Origin: Bacteroidota bacterium
GTDB lineage: Bacteria; Bacteroidota; Bacteroidia; Chitinophagales; Saprospiraceae
Reading direction: 5' to 3'
Assembly: GCA_039816955.1 (NCBI GenBank)
Contig: JBCBWU010000026.1
Location: forward strand, 4,089-36,088
Length of the DNA stretch: 32,000 nucleotides
Positions 9,222 to 18,443 of this stretch are shown here, piece by piece (positions within the stretch are counted from its first letter, which is position 1; every line of letters begins with the position of its first letter). The notes beneath the pieces are model-generated. The model was not told where the DNA came from, did no database searches, and worked only from the letters and a program-made list of their open reading frames with translations. Both the position numbers and the translations under genes were made by a program.

Positions 9222-10505
9222 CTATTCTTGACGCTCGTATTTTGTCTTAAAACGTCTGTAAAGTTGATCTTGCTTGTTGTCAAGACTAATCTCACGGCCA
9301 CTAATGAAAGCGTGTTCTACTTGATTGGTGCGCATATCGAGGGCATCACCGCTTGTAATAATCAAAGAAGCATGCTTGCCTTCTTCAAGAGAACCCACTA
9401 ACTCATTAATGCCAAGGATACGGGCTGTGCTAAGGGTTAATGCCTCGACAGCTGCTTCGTAGGGTAAACCATAGCCTACCGCTGAACCCGCCTGGAAAGG
9501 CAGATTGCGCTGCTGCCAAAAGCCTTCGTTGCTGAGGCAAAACTCCACTCCCGCTTCGTGCAACGCGGCCGGGGTTTTGAAGGTCTGATCCACATCGCTA
9601 TCCAGGGTGTTGGGCAAGTCGTGGGTGGGTCCGTAAATGACGGGTACTTCGTATTCCGCAAGCATGTCGGCAATAAGGTAGCTTTCTGCGCCGCCTACCA
9701 GCACCATATCTACTCCAAAGGTTTTGGCTATTAAAACTGCTTGTTGAATATCCGGTGCAAGATTAGCGTGCACAAAGAGCTTTTGCTCACCATTAAATAG
9801 CCCGCAAGCAGAGGCTAGACGGAGATTGCGCTTGGTATTATCTGCTTCGCAGTAAGCCTTGGCTTGGAGCAAGAAATCCTCCACGGCTTCTACATCCTTT
9901 CCGTAGTTTTTGTTGGCTGACCATTTACCCTGCCGCCAGTTGTACGTACGGCGACGTGGCCAGCGCAAGTGGTGGCCATCATCGGTTTTTACCGCAGCGT
10001 CTTCCCAGTTCCAGGCGTCAAGCTGTACGACACTTGACTGGCCAGAAAGACGGCCTCCTTCGGGTACAATCTGGGCGTACAATACCCCACGCGCACGCAC
10101 GGTAGGCGTCACGTGCGAGTCCGTATTGTAAGCAATGATAGAACGGGCATTCGGATTCAGGCTCCCCACTTCAGCAATATCCCGGGTGGCACGTACCGCG
10201 CTGATCTCTACTATGCCCAGCGTGGTGTTGGGGGCGATAAAGCCCGGATAAATATGCTTACCCTCGGCATTGACTTGGCGGTGGTCACTGATGTCAACTT
10301 TTGCGGTAGCCTGGTCAACACGGGTGATTTTACCATCCTCAAAAGTGATGAGGGCATTTTCAATTACTTCCCCGTTACCCAAATGAGCCGTTCCACCTAC
10401 GATGGCTATCGGGCCATCCTGCGCAGGAGCAGGTATGGGCGGTTGCCCCAACAATAGCGTGCTAGCGCCAAGGGTGAGGAATAAAATATATATAGTCTGT
10501 TTCAT
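9222..10505 (-). CDS. amidohydrolase-family protein (secreted; lacks the canonical HxH metal motif)
   Basis: 427 aa with signal-like MKQTIYILFLTLGASTLLLGQ. It has the amidohydrolase N-terminal beta-sandwich pattern (ITFEDGKITRV..GKHIYPGFIAPNT) and the C-terminal EEGKHASLIITSGDALD pattern. The position where HxH normally sits reads APNTTLG. Confidence 0.7.
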   Translation of the reverse strand: MKQTIYILFLTLGASTLLLGQPPIPAPAQDGPIAIVGGTAHLGNGEVIENALITFEDGKITRVDQATAKVDISDHRQVNAEGKHIYPGFIAPNTTLGIVEISAVRATRDIAEVGSLNPNARSIIAYNTDSHVTPTVRARGVLYAQIVPEGGRLSGQSSVVQLDAWNWEDAAVKTDDGHHLRWPRRRTYNWRQGKWSANKNYGKDVEAVEDFLLQAKAYCEADNTKRNLRLASACGLFNGEQKLFVHANLAPDIQQAVLIAKTFGVDMVLVGGAESYLIADMLAEYEVPVIYGPTHDLPNTLDSDVDQTFKTPAALHEAGVEFCLSNEGFWQQRNLPFQAGSAVGYGLPYEAAVEALTLSTARILGINELVGSLEEGKHASLIITSGDALDMRTNQVEHAFISGREISLDNKQDQLYRRFKTKYERQE

Positions 10506-10572
10506 TTTTTGATGGATTGAGACGCTTGCTAAGCGCCTTTAAACAAGGTTTAAGTTCAAAAAGGGGCGCTTC

Positions 10573-13545
10573 TTATTGCGCCTCATCATCTTCGGTGTCA
10601 CAGTGGTAATGGCGTTGTCCACGGCCACGAGCTTGCTGAGTTTTTGCTCCGCCTTCTTTGGCCTTTAGCATAGCTTGGATGAGCGCATTACGCTCCGTTT
10701 GGAGCTCCTCGCGGCGCTGTACATCTTCGTCCATATCGTAGAACTTGATTCCGTCGATGTAGGTGTGCTTAGCACGAGCGTACACCGATAAGGGGTGATC
10801 GGTCCAAAGGACGATATCTGCATCTTTGCCCACTTTCAGGCTTCCTACCTGATCATCAATGTGTAGCAGTTTTGCTGGGTTGAGGGTCACAAATTTCAGG
10901 GCTTCTTCTTCGGATACCCCGCCAAACAGTACCGCTTTGGCAGCCTCCTGGTTTAAGCGGCGAGCCATTTCTGCGTCGTCGGAATTGAAGGCCACCGTTA
11001 CACCCTGTTCGTGCATAATGGCACCATTGTGAGGAATGGCATCCACTACCTCGTATTTGTAGGCCCACCAGTCGGAGAAAGAAGAACCACCAGCTCCGTG
11101 CTCGGCCATCTTGTTAGCAACTTTGTAGCCCTCGAGAATGTGTGTGAAGGTATTCACCCGAAAATCAAAACGTTCGGCTACCTTCATCAACATGTTGATC
11201 TCACCTTGCTGGTAGGAGTGGCAAGTGATAAAGCGCTCGCTCTCCAGAATTTCCAGAATGGCCTCCAGCTCTAAGTCGCGCCGCACAGCTTCACCTCTTT
11301 GTAAAGCTTCCCCGTATTGGCGAGCTTCGGTAAAGTAGTTATCGAAAACTTGCTCCACACCCATTCGTGTTTGGGGGTAGCGCGTGCGCCAGGTATTGCT
11401 GCGATTAGATTGCTTTACGTTTTCGCCCAAAGCAAACTTGATGAAGCCAGGTGCTCCGGCAAATTTCATCGCTTCGGCACTGTAGCCCCAGCGGAGTTTG
11501 ATAATGGCAGATTGGCCACCAATAGGGTTGGCCGAACCGTGTAGTAATTGTGAAGTAGTCACGCCACCAGAAAGTTGGCGATAGATATCGATATCTGTAG
11601 CATCAACCACATCGCCAATGCGTACTTCAGCCGTACTTTCTTGGGAACTTTCGTTAACACCACGGTTAATGGCAATATGGCTGTGCTCGTCTATAACGCC
11701 TGGTGTGACGTGCATGCCACTACCATCAATTTCAACTGCTCCGCGTGGTCCGCGAATGCTGCCACCTACTTGGGCAATTTTGCCGTCTTGTAGCATGATG
11801 TCGGCGTTTTCCAATTTGCCGTCCTCTTCGTTGGTCCAAAGAGTGGCATTGCGGATAATTACCGTTTGCGCGCCAGGCGCTTCCTCCCAACCAAAAGCTC
11901 CGTAGGGATAAGTGTTGCGACTGACGTAAGATGGAGCTTCCATCGTTTTTTCGCGACTATCAGTAGCTCCAACACCGGCATTGTTGCGTTCAGCTTCCCA
12001 GTCGATCCAGTTGCCATCACCATCTTGTCCACGGCCGGTCCAGGTATTGCCGTCAATGATGCCACTGAGGCGCATCATAGGGCCACCTTCATCTTGTGGG
12101 AAAGAAAGGCTAATTGTGCCGCCTTTGCTCTTGTACTTGACTTTTAATTTAGTCTCTTCACTGATCTGTATCGATGCTCCTTTATCGTCGATGCTCATAT
12201 TGTAAGTACGAGCACCTGCTTTAAGTTGGTAGGTGCCGATTAGGTCTGGCGTATCCAATGCTTTGAGTACAAAAGGCCTACCCTGCACCCAATTGTGGTG
12301 GATTTCGCAGCCTTTAGTAAATAGTGGCTTGGAGGTAATGAGTAGATTGGCCCACTTACCCGCAGCAAGTGTACCCACATGATCAGCTACGCCAATGAAT
12401 TCTGCTGGGGTACTGGTTAGGGCGGCTAGGGCTTCGTCGGCACTTAGGCCGTGCTCAATAGTTTGGCGTAAAGCCGCAAAAAAGTCTTTGGCCTTCGTAT
12501 GCCCGTCAGCCGTAATGGCGAAAGTCAGATTCGCATTCGCCAGGTGACCAGGGTTGGTCGGCGCCATCTCCCAGTGACGAAGTTGAGTCAAACTAAGTTG
12601 ATGGGCCTCGTAAGGATCTGCCACATCGTAGGCGTCCGGGAATTTAACGGGAATGATGAAGGATGCTCCACTTGTCTTTAGGTCTTCCAGGCGTTGGTAC
12701 TCATCGCCATTTCCCTTGATGATATAGGTTTGGTCAAACTCTTCGGCAATGCGCTGAGCCCTTAAGGCTTCTTGCCAGTCGCCAACCGCGAAAATTTGCG
12801 GTAGCTCCTGAACTTCATTCCACGCTGCCAATGATAGGTTGGTGTCGTCTACTTCGTTGTTGTTGTACCAATTGGCATCCAAATACGTTTGCCGCAATAG
12901 CGCAATAATTCCCATTAGTGAGTTGGGGTAAGATTGCGTAGAAACACCCTTGCGGAAAGACATGTAATGACCACCCTGGGCCTTAAGGATGAGTTCGTGC
13001 GGGCGACCATCTCCTAAACTCACAATTGTCGAAGAGCCTCGGCTAATACCATCTTGTTGATGAGAGGAAAGCGTACCATAGCCCATAGCACGCAGGCTTC
13101 CAGCCGCTTTGCCGTCGGGTTGAAAATGCTCGTGGGCACGGAACTCTGGTTTCAGGGCCTCGTTCCAAGAGTAGGCCCCCTCTTTGTTAGAAATCATTTG
13201 CGGCTGCAGGCGGGGACGATCTCCTGCAGGCTTGGCTTCGGGCAGACCATATTCTGCGTAAGCATCAACAAAGGAAGGGTAAATGTACTTGCCCGCCACG
13301 TTAATTTCAATTGCTCCGGCAGGCACAGCACCACCAGCTTTAAGGCTTATGATGCGGCCTTCTTTGATTATTAAAGTGGCGTTGTCAATTCGCTCGCCGG
13401 CTTGTGGTATTACGGTGGCGTTGGTGAAGGCGTACCAGCCGTCGCGCTGGTCTTTGATTCCGTTGTAGGGGAAGGTCTCCTGAGCCTGTAGACTAATGAA
13501 GCCAAAGGCGAAGACCACTCCTAACAGGAGAAGTGCTTTTTTCAT
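10573..13545 (-). CDS. large two-module amidohydrolase-family protein (secreted)
   Basis: The ORF runs to 13659, but the signal-peptide Met (MKKALLLLGVVFAFGFISLQAQ) is at 13545. The N-half resembles the neighbouring 427-aa protein (GKYIYPSFVDAYAEYG, no HxH). The C-half is canonical (GMHVTPGVIDEHSHIA, later VGKDADIVLW). Confidence 0.8.
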   Translation of the reverse strand: MKKALLLLGVVFAFGFISLQAQETFPYNGIKDQRDGWYAFTNATVIPQAGERIDNATLIIKEGRIISLKAGGAVPAGAIEINVAGKYIYPSFVDAYAEYGLPEAKPAGDRPRLQPQMISNKEGAYSWNEALKPEFRAHEHFQPDGKAAGSLRAMGYGTLSSHQQDGISRGSSTIVSLGDGRPHELILKAQGGHYMSFRKGVSTQSYPNSLMGIIALLRQTYLDANWYNNNEVDDTNLSLAAWNEVQELPQIFAVGDWQEALRAQRIAEEFDQTYIIKGNGDEYQRLEDLKTSGASFIIPVKFPDAYDVADPYEAHQLSLTQLRHWEMAPTNPGHLANANLTFAITADGHTKAKDFFAALRQTIEHGLSADEALAALTSTPAEFIGVADHVGTLAAGKWANLLITSKPLFTKGCEIHHNWVQGRPFVLKALDTPDLIGTYQLKAGARTYNMSIDDKGASIQISEETKLKVKYKSKGGTISLSFPQDEGGPMMRLSGIIDGNTWTGRGQDGDGNWIDWEAERNNAGVGATDSREKTMEAPSYVSRNTYPYGAFGWEEAPGAQTVIIRNATLWTNEEDGKLENADIMLQDGKIAQVGGSIRGPRGAVEIDGSGMHVTPGVIDEHSHIAINRGVNESSQESTAEVRIGDVVDATDIDIYRQLSGGVTTSQLLHGSANPIGGQSAIIKLRWGYSAEAMKFAGAPGFIKFALGENVKQSNRSNTWRTRYPQTRMGVEQVFDNYFTEARQYGEALQRGEAVRRDLELEAILEILESERFITCHSYQQGEINMLMKVAERFDFRVNTFTHILEGYKVANKMAEHGAGGSSFSDWWAYKYEVVDAIPHNGAIMHEQGVTVAFNSDDAEMARRLNQEAAKAVLFGGVSEEEALKFVTLNPAKLLHIDDQVGSLKVGKDADIVLWTDHPLSVYARAKHTYIDGIKFYDMDEDVQRREELQTERNALIQAMLKAKEGGAKTQQARGRGQRHYHCDTEDDEAQ

Positions 13546-13744
13546 ACTAGTCAGAACTTGTAACGCAAAAAATTGGCGAGCAATCTTTTGTGCTATGCTT
13601 GAAATGGTAGAATGCTTTGAGGACGTAATGCCGATCCTCAGAAAAAGTTGCAATTGCAAGGTAAGAAAGCTATTTTTAAGGTGATATAGCTTAGACCATC
13701 TCTACGGAATTAGGCTTGCGCTCTAACACTAAACTTGAATAATA

Positions 13745-15724
13745 ATGTTTTGCCCATACCTTAGCTTAACAGTCTTACTGTTTTGTTCTACTCTCACATT
13801 TACCCAAGATGTTTATCAAGACCTAGAATGGGGAGAGATCAGCCCTGTTGATTTGCATATGACTGTTTACTCTAAGGACTCTACTGCTCAGGCTGTAGTA
13901 CTAGGAGATCAGGGCTACGTTGTGGTTGGCTATGATCAATCTGGGCGTTACGAATATGTATTAAGACGTCACCGGCGAGTGAAAATTTTGCACGAGGCTG
14001 CAGTCGATGATTACGGTGATGTTCAAATTTATTTCTACCACAAGGATCGGCTGGACAACTTGAGAAATATCAACGCCCAAACTATTGCTCCGGACGGTAC
14101 TGTTGCATCCATTAAGAAGGATGATGTTTATTTTGAGCAGCTAAACGAATATTGGTCAAGGGCTACCTTTAGCTTTCCTAATGTAGCAGTTGGAAGTGTT
14201 TTGGAATACCGCTACGTGCACGAGAGTAAACGGCTGTTAGTACCCGATGAGTGGACTTTTCGTGAACCTATTCCAGTACGTTCTTCCTATTATACATTTG
14301 CCTGTAATGTTCCCCTAGTGTACTCCTATCTTTTGCGTGGTGCAGAATATATGGATAGTGAAGTAGTGGATGAAGGCCAGGAAATTTTTCGGCTTGAGGA
14401 TACGGAGATTCACGTGAATGGAGCAAGTTTCTGGATGAAAAATGGTGCGGCAGTGAAAGAGGAGCCATTCATGACTACAGTAGAAGATTATTACATCAAA
14501 GTACGCTTCCAAGCTAGTGAAGAGATTATATCAAGTGGCTACTCTAGATCTTTTTACAGCACTTGGAAAGAAGCCTGCCGTGATTTACTTAATCTGGATA
14601 ATCTCGGGGGAGCTTTTTCGAAAAAACGCTACTTCAAGAATTTATTAGAAGCCGCTCAATCAGCAATCAATACAGAAGTAAAGCAAAGTGAAATTGTTTA
14701 TCAAGTGACTCAGTTTATAGCTGAGCAAATTAAATGGTCAGGCCGGAGAGGGGTTCGTACTGATATTACTTTGGATGAAGCCTTTGCGAGACATGAGGCT
14801 GACTTGCCAGAAATACAATATGCGGGTTTAGTACTACTCCGAGAATTTGGTATAGAGGCGCACCCAGTGCTACTTTCCACCCGCGACAATGGAGCTATGA
14901 TTCGGGCCTTTCCATTCTTGGATCAATTTAACTACGTAATTCTCTTGGTAGAGGTGGATGGTCACGAGCAATTATTGGACCTAAGTGATCCCCTGCTGAG
15001 GCCAGGTGTTGTTCAAGTACAGGCCTTAAATAGCCATGGTTTTCTACTGGATAAAGATCGTCCTCAATGGATTGACTTGGACCTTCCTGTTCTACAAGAT
15101 GTACTGGTTTGGCGTGGCCTTATTAGTAGTAACGGCTTATTGAAAGGTGACATGACGTGTACTTTTTCCACTTTTAGTGCTCGTAATGAACGACTGGCAA
15201 TTGCTGAAGATAAATTAAATGCAAGTTGGAGTGATCGACTCCCGGAGGGGGGGACGATTACGGGGCTTGAGGTTCAAGATGTTACGGATCTTCGTAAGCC
15301 GTTAAAAATACAAGGGCAGTTCGAAGTTCCTAATGCTGGTTTTGTGAACGATGACTTTCTATATCTTACCCCAACTATCTACGCAAGGATTAATGAAAAT
15401 CCTTTTACCCTAAATAAACGTGACTATCCTATTGACTTTCCCTACCCCTTTGAGGAAAAATCAATTTATACTTACGACCTGCCCGAAGACTATGTTGTGG
15501 AGTCTTTGCCAGAAAGTCTTGATCTAAACTTACCCAATGGAGATGCCAGCTTGCATTACCTATGCCAGGAGAAGAACGGAAAGGTTAATATGATCATCCA
15601 ATTTCGGGTGCAGAAAACGCTATTTCCACCCGAAGAATACCCAGCTTTACGCGATCTCTTTGAAGAGCTGGAAAATAAAATGCAAGAACAAATTGTATTG
15701 CGCAAAACAGAAACCTCAAACTAG
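13745..15724 (+). CDS. DUF3857-domain protein with a degenerate transglutaminase-like core
   Basis: 659 aa with a signal-like N-terminus. It has the DUF3857-like N-domain pattern (AQAVVLGDQG..RRVKIL..VGSVLEYRY). The central region aligns to the next gene's transglutaminase core but reads ADLPEIQYAGLVLLREFGIEAHPV and FNYVILL, so the Cys and His positions are not conserved. Confidence 0.7.
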   Translation: MFCPYLSLTVLLFCSTLTFTQDVYQDLEWGEISPVDLHMTVYSKDSTAQAVVLGDQGYVVVGYDQSGRYEYVLRRHRRVKILHEAAVDDYGDVQIYFYHKDRLDNLRNINAQTIAPDGTVASIKKDDVYFEQLNEYWSRATFSFPNVAVGSVLEYRYVHESKRLLVPDEWTFREPIPVRSSYYTFACNVPLVYSYLLRGAEYMDSEVVDEGQEIFRLEDTEIHVNGASFWMKNGAAVKEEPFMTTVEDYYIKVRFQASEEIISSGYSRSFYSTWKEACRDLLNLDNLGGAFSKKRYFKNLLEAAQSAINTEVKQSEIVYQVTQFIAEQIKWSGRRGVRTDITLDEAFARHEADLPEIQYAGLVLLREFGIEAHPVLLSTRDNGAMIRAFPFLDQFNYVILLVEVDGHEQLLDLSDPLLRPGVVQVQALNSHGFLLDKDRPQWIDLDLPVLQDVLVWRGLISSNGLLKGDMTCTFSTFSARNERLAIAEDKLNASWSDRLPEGGTITGLEVQDVTDLRKPLKIQGQFEVPNAGFVNDDFLYLTPTIYARINENPFTLNKRDYPIDFPYPFEEKSIYTYDLPEDYVVESLPESLDLNLPNGDASLHYLCQEKNGKVNMIIQFRVQKTLFPPEEYPALRDLFEELENKMQEQIVLRKTETSN

Positions 15725-15730
15725 TATACC

Positions 15731-17608
15731 ATGCGTCAGATTTCATTTTTTATAGCTCTCTTTCTGATTATTTGTCAGTTGCCGCTCTTAGGCCAGTTGG
15801 ACCAAAATTTTCTTGGCGTAGCGAACGAAATCGTCGAGTCCGAAGGCGAATTAGAGCTCCTGAGTGCGGAAGAAGCTCGCTACTACGAGCGTAAGCGAAT
15901 CACCATCCTGAACGAAGACAGTAAGGCCAATTTATTCTATGTGTTCTACAATGATGAGAACAAAATATTAGACCTGGATGCCGACATCTATGATATGGCC
16001 GGTAAACAGATTCGTAAAGTGAAGAAGTCAGAAATACGTGATGAAGCCGCCGTAGGAGGTGGGACTATTTACAGCGACCAACGGGTGAAGTATATTGAGC
16101 TCAACCATGCTCAGTATCCCTATATTTTGGAGTTTACCTACACCCAACGCATCAAGGGTATTGCGTTGGCCAGTATGCCCAATTGGTACTTTCAGGAGGC
16201 GTCTTCTTCGGCGGTTAAGTCATCAACTTTTACGGTAAAGGCCCGTCAAGGTTTGGGTTTTCAGCACCAGCTCTACAATATAGATATCAAGCCAATAATT
16301 AGTAGAAGTGGCGATGTAACCAGCCACAAATGGGCGGTCCAGAATATAGCTGCCTATACTCCTGAGCCCTACAGCCCCTCTTTTCACGAGAAGGCTCCCA
16401 TTTTGCGTTTGACGCCAAGCCAATTTCAGATTGGTAAGCTTGAGGGGAGCATGGAAAGTTGGGAGTCCTACGGGGTGTTTATAAATCAACTTTGGGAAGG
16501 GCGCGATCAACTGCCAGAAGAGCTAGCCGTCCAAGTACGGGAACTCACCGCAGGTGCTAGCACCAACGAAGAAAAGATCGCCAGCTTGTACCGCTACATG
16601 CAAGAGAATAAGCGCTATGTGAGCGTGCAATTGGGCATTGGCGGCTGGCAGCCCTTTACCGCTAATTACGTAGAAGAGAAAGGGTACGGTGATTGTAAAG
16701 CCTTGAGTAATTACATGAAGGCCATGCTGCGCGAGATTGGCATTCAGAGTTACCCCGTAATCATCTATTCGGGCAAAAGCCCTTACAAGATAGAAGACGA
16801 CTTTGTGGACCCTGCTTTTAATCATGCCATCCTCTATTTACCGGAAGAGGATATGTGGTTGGAGTGCACGAGCCGCACTAGTCCGGCTGGGTATTTGGGA
16901 AGCTCCACTGCAGATCGTAGGGTTTTACTGGTTACGCCGGAGGGGGGACAACTGGCCAGAACGCCAAAGCTGGGAGTGGAGGAAAATACGAAAGCAGAAC
17001 GCCTAACAGTACAACTAGCGGCCGATGGAAGTGCAGTGCTCGATTATACTGCTGATATGCGCGGAGCACTGCAAGAACGTTGGCGTTGGTACGAATTTGA
17101 GCTATCAACCGAAGACTTGAAAGAGGAGGTCATGGACATTGGTAAGCTACCCAGTATGAATTTAGGGGAGGTGGAATTGCAAAGTGATCCCGACCAACCA
17201 CAGGTTAGATTGGCCTTCCAGGCAGATACCAAACGCTATGCTTCGCCGGCGGGTAAGCGACTTTTCGTACCACTCAACTTGATTTGCCCACGCACTAGTG
17301 TGCCTGATCTCGCAGAGGGGCGTGAGCAGCCAGTGGTATTGTCTTACGGCTATAGCCAAACTGCTACGATTGACTTTTTAGTACCGGAGGGCTATCGGGT
17401 AGAGAGTACCCCAAAACCAACCGAACTGGACACACCCTTTGGTACCTACTCACTGATGGTTGAGGAGACAGAAACAGGAATACAAGTGCAGCGCTCCCTG
17501 GTATGGAACGGGGAGGAACAACCCGCTGAGAACTACGAATCTTTCCGCGAATTCCTTCAGCAGATCGTGAAATCCGACGGGAGTAAGATGGTCTTGGTTA
17601 GTGAATAG
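15731..17608 (+). CDS. DUF3857-domain / transglutaminase-like cysteine protease superfamily protein
   Basis: 625 aa with a signal-like N-terminus and a DUF3857-like N-domain. The transglutaminase-like core is GYGDCKALSNYMKAMLREIGIQSYPV (nucleophile Cys), then FNHAILYLP (His) and MWLECT. It starts 6 nt after the previous gene. Confidence 0.8.
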   Translation: MRQISFFIALFLIICQLPLLGQLDQNFLGVANEIVESEGELELLSAEEARYYERKRITILNEDSKANLFYVFYNDENKILDLDADIYDMAGKQIRKVKKSEIRDEAAVGGGTIYSDQRVKYIELNHAQYPYILEFTYTQRIKGIALASMPNWYFQEASSSAVKSSTFTVKARQGLGFQHQLYNIDIKPIISRSGDVTSHKWAVQNIAAYTPEPYSPSFHEKAPILRLTPSQFQIGKLEGSMESWESYGVFINQLWEGRDQLPEELAVQVRELTAGASTNEEKIASLYRYMQENKRYVSVQLGIGGWQPFTANYVEEKGYGDCKALSNYMKAMLREIGIQSYPVIIYSGKSPYKIEDDFVDPAFNHAILYLPEEDMWLECTSRTSPAGYLGSSTADRRVLLVTPEGGQLARTPKLGVEENTKAERLTVQLAADGSAVLDYTADMRGALQERWRWYEFELSTEDLKEEVMDIGKLPSMNLGEVELQSDPDQPQVRLAFQADTKRYASPAGKRLFVPLNLICPRTSVPDLAEGREQPVVLSYGYSQTATIDFLVPEGYRVESTPKPTELDTPFGTYSLMVEETETGIQVQRSLVWNGEEQPAENYESFREFLQQIVKSDGSKMVLVSE

Positions 17609-17623
17609 TTTCTGCTATCTTTG
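17594..17623 (+). promoter_or_regulatory. candidate Bacteroidota-type promoter (TTG -33 / TAnnTTTG -7)
   Basis: TTG at 17594-17596 and TATCTTTG at 17616-17623 (exact TAnnTTTG) are 19 nt apart. They lie about 70 nt upstream of the 17694 start codon. Confidence 0.3.
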
Positions 17624-17693
17624 TTTCAAAGGGGTAATATTTTAATGTATTACTCCAGAGAGCTATACACTACATCGCCAAAAGGCAAATCCG

Positions 17694-18443
17694 ATGATCT
17701 ATCCTTCCCTCTTGCGTGCCTGTCAACGGGGCGAAAAACAATTGGCTGTGCTGATTGACCCCGATAAAACCAATCGTAAAGCCATTATTCGCCTTTGTGA
17801 GTTGGCTAATCAAGGAGGGGTAAACTATTTCCTTTGGGGTGGTAGCCTGGTCAACGAAACCCAGGCGGAGTATTATCTCTCGTTGCTTCGTGCGCATACG
17901 CAGCTTCCAATCATTCTCTTTCCCGGCAGTATCTATCAGCTTTCCGCGCAGGCGGATGCGTTGCTATTCTTATCCTTAATTTCGGGCCGTAATCCTGAGC
18001 TGCTCATTGGGCAGCACGTACTGGCGGCGCCACGGATAAAGCGGATGCAATTAGAAGTGATTCCTACCGGTTACTTGTACATTGATGGTGGTGCACTATC
18101 CTCCGTTGGTTATATGAGTAATACCCAGCCTATCCCTGGTAATAAGCCAGAGATTGCTAGGGCAACCGCCTTGGCTGGGAAGTATATGGGCCACAAGTTG
18201 ATCTATCTTGATGCGGGCAGCGGTGCTGAAAAGCCCGTCTCTCAAGCTATGATCGAGGCCGTCCGGTCGGAAATCGAAGAGCTACCGCTAATTGTGGGAG
18301 GTGGTATCCGTTCGCAAAAAGAAGCTGCAGCTGCACTACAAGCCGGTGCGGATTGCATTGTGGTAGGGAATAGCCTGGAAGAACAGCCTGAGCTCCTGGG
18401 TGAGTTGGCGGCTGTGGTGAAAGGGATGGCCTTGCAACCATGA
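17694..18443 (+). CDS. geranylgeranylglyceryl/heptaprenylglyceryl phosphate synthase family protein (PcrB/GGGPS family)
   Basis: 249 aa with a TIM-barrel prenyltransferase pattern. Visible motifs are VLIDPDK, FPGS, IPTGYLYI, IYLDAGSGA and LIVGGGIRS..GADCIVVGN, typical of the PcrB/GGGPS family. Confidence 0.8.
   Translation: MIYPSLLRACQRGEKQLAVLIDPDKTNRKAIIRLCELANQGGVNYFLWGGSLVNETQAEYYLSLLRAHTQLPIILFPGSIYQLSAQADALLFLSLISGRNPELLIGQHVLAAPRIKRMQLEVIPTGYLYIDGGALSSVGYMSNTQPIPGNKPEIARATALAGKYMGHKLIYLDAGSGAEKPVSQAMIEAVRSEIEELPLIVGGGIRSQKEAAAALQAGADCIVVGNSLEEQPELLGELAAVVKGMALQP

Noticed and set aside
13546-13659. N-terminal extensions offered by the longest-ORF calls (also 4400-4459, 23651-23674, 28105-28149)
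   Set aside because: The internal Met codons give proper signal peptides or match family N-termini (MKKALLLLG.., MKEGQ.., MKALVKAK.., MRALWCILL..). The 28149 start would overlap the MFS gene by 44 nt.
17810-17820. An 11-nt match (tcaaggagggg) to one arm of the mnmE element repeat, inside the GGGPS-family gene
   Set aside because: There is no partner hairpin arm or second repeat nearby, and it encodes ordinary in-family residues (NQGGV). It is most likely a chance match.
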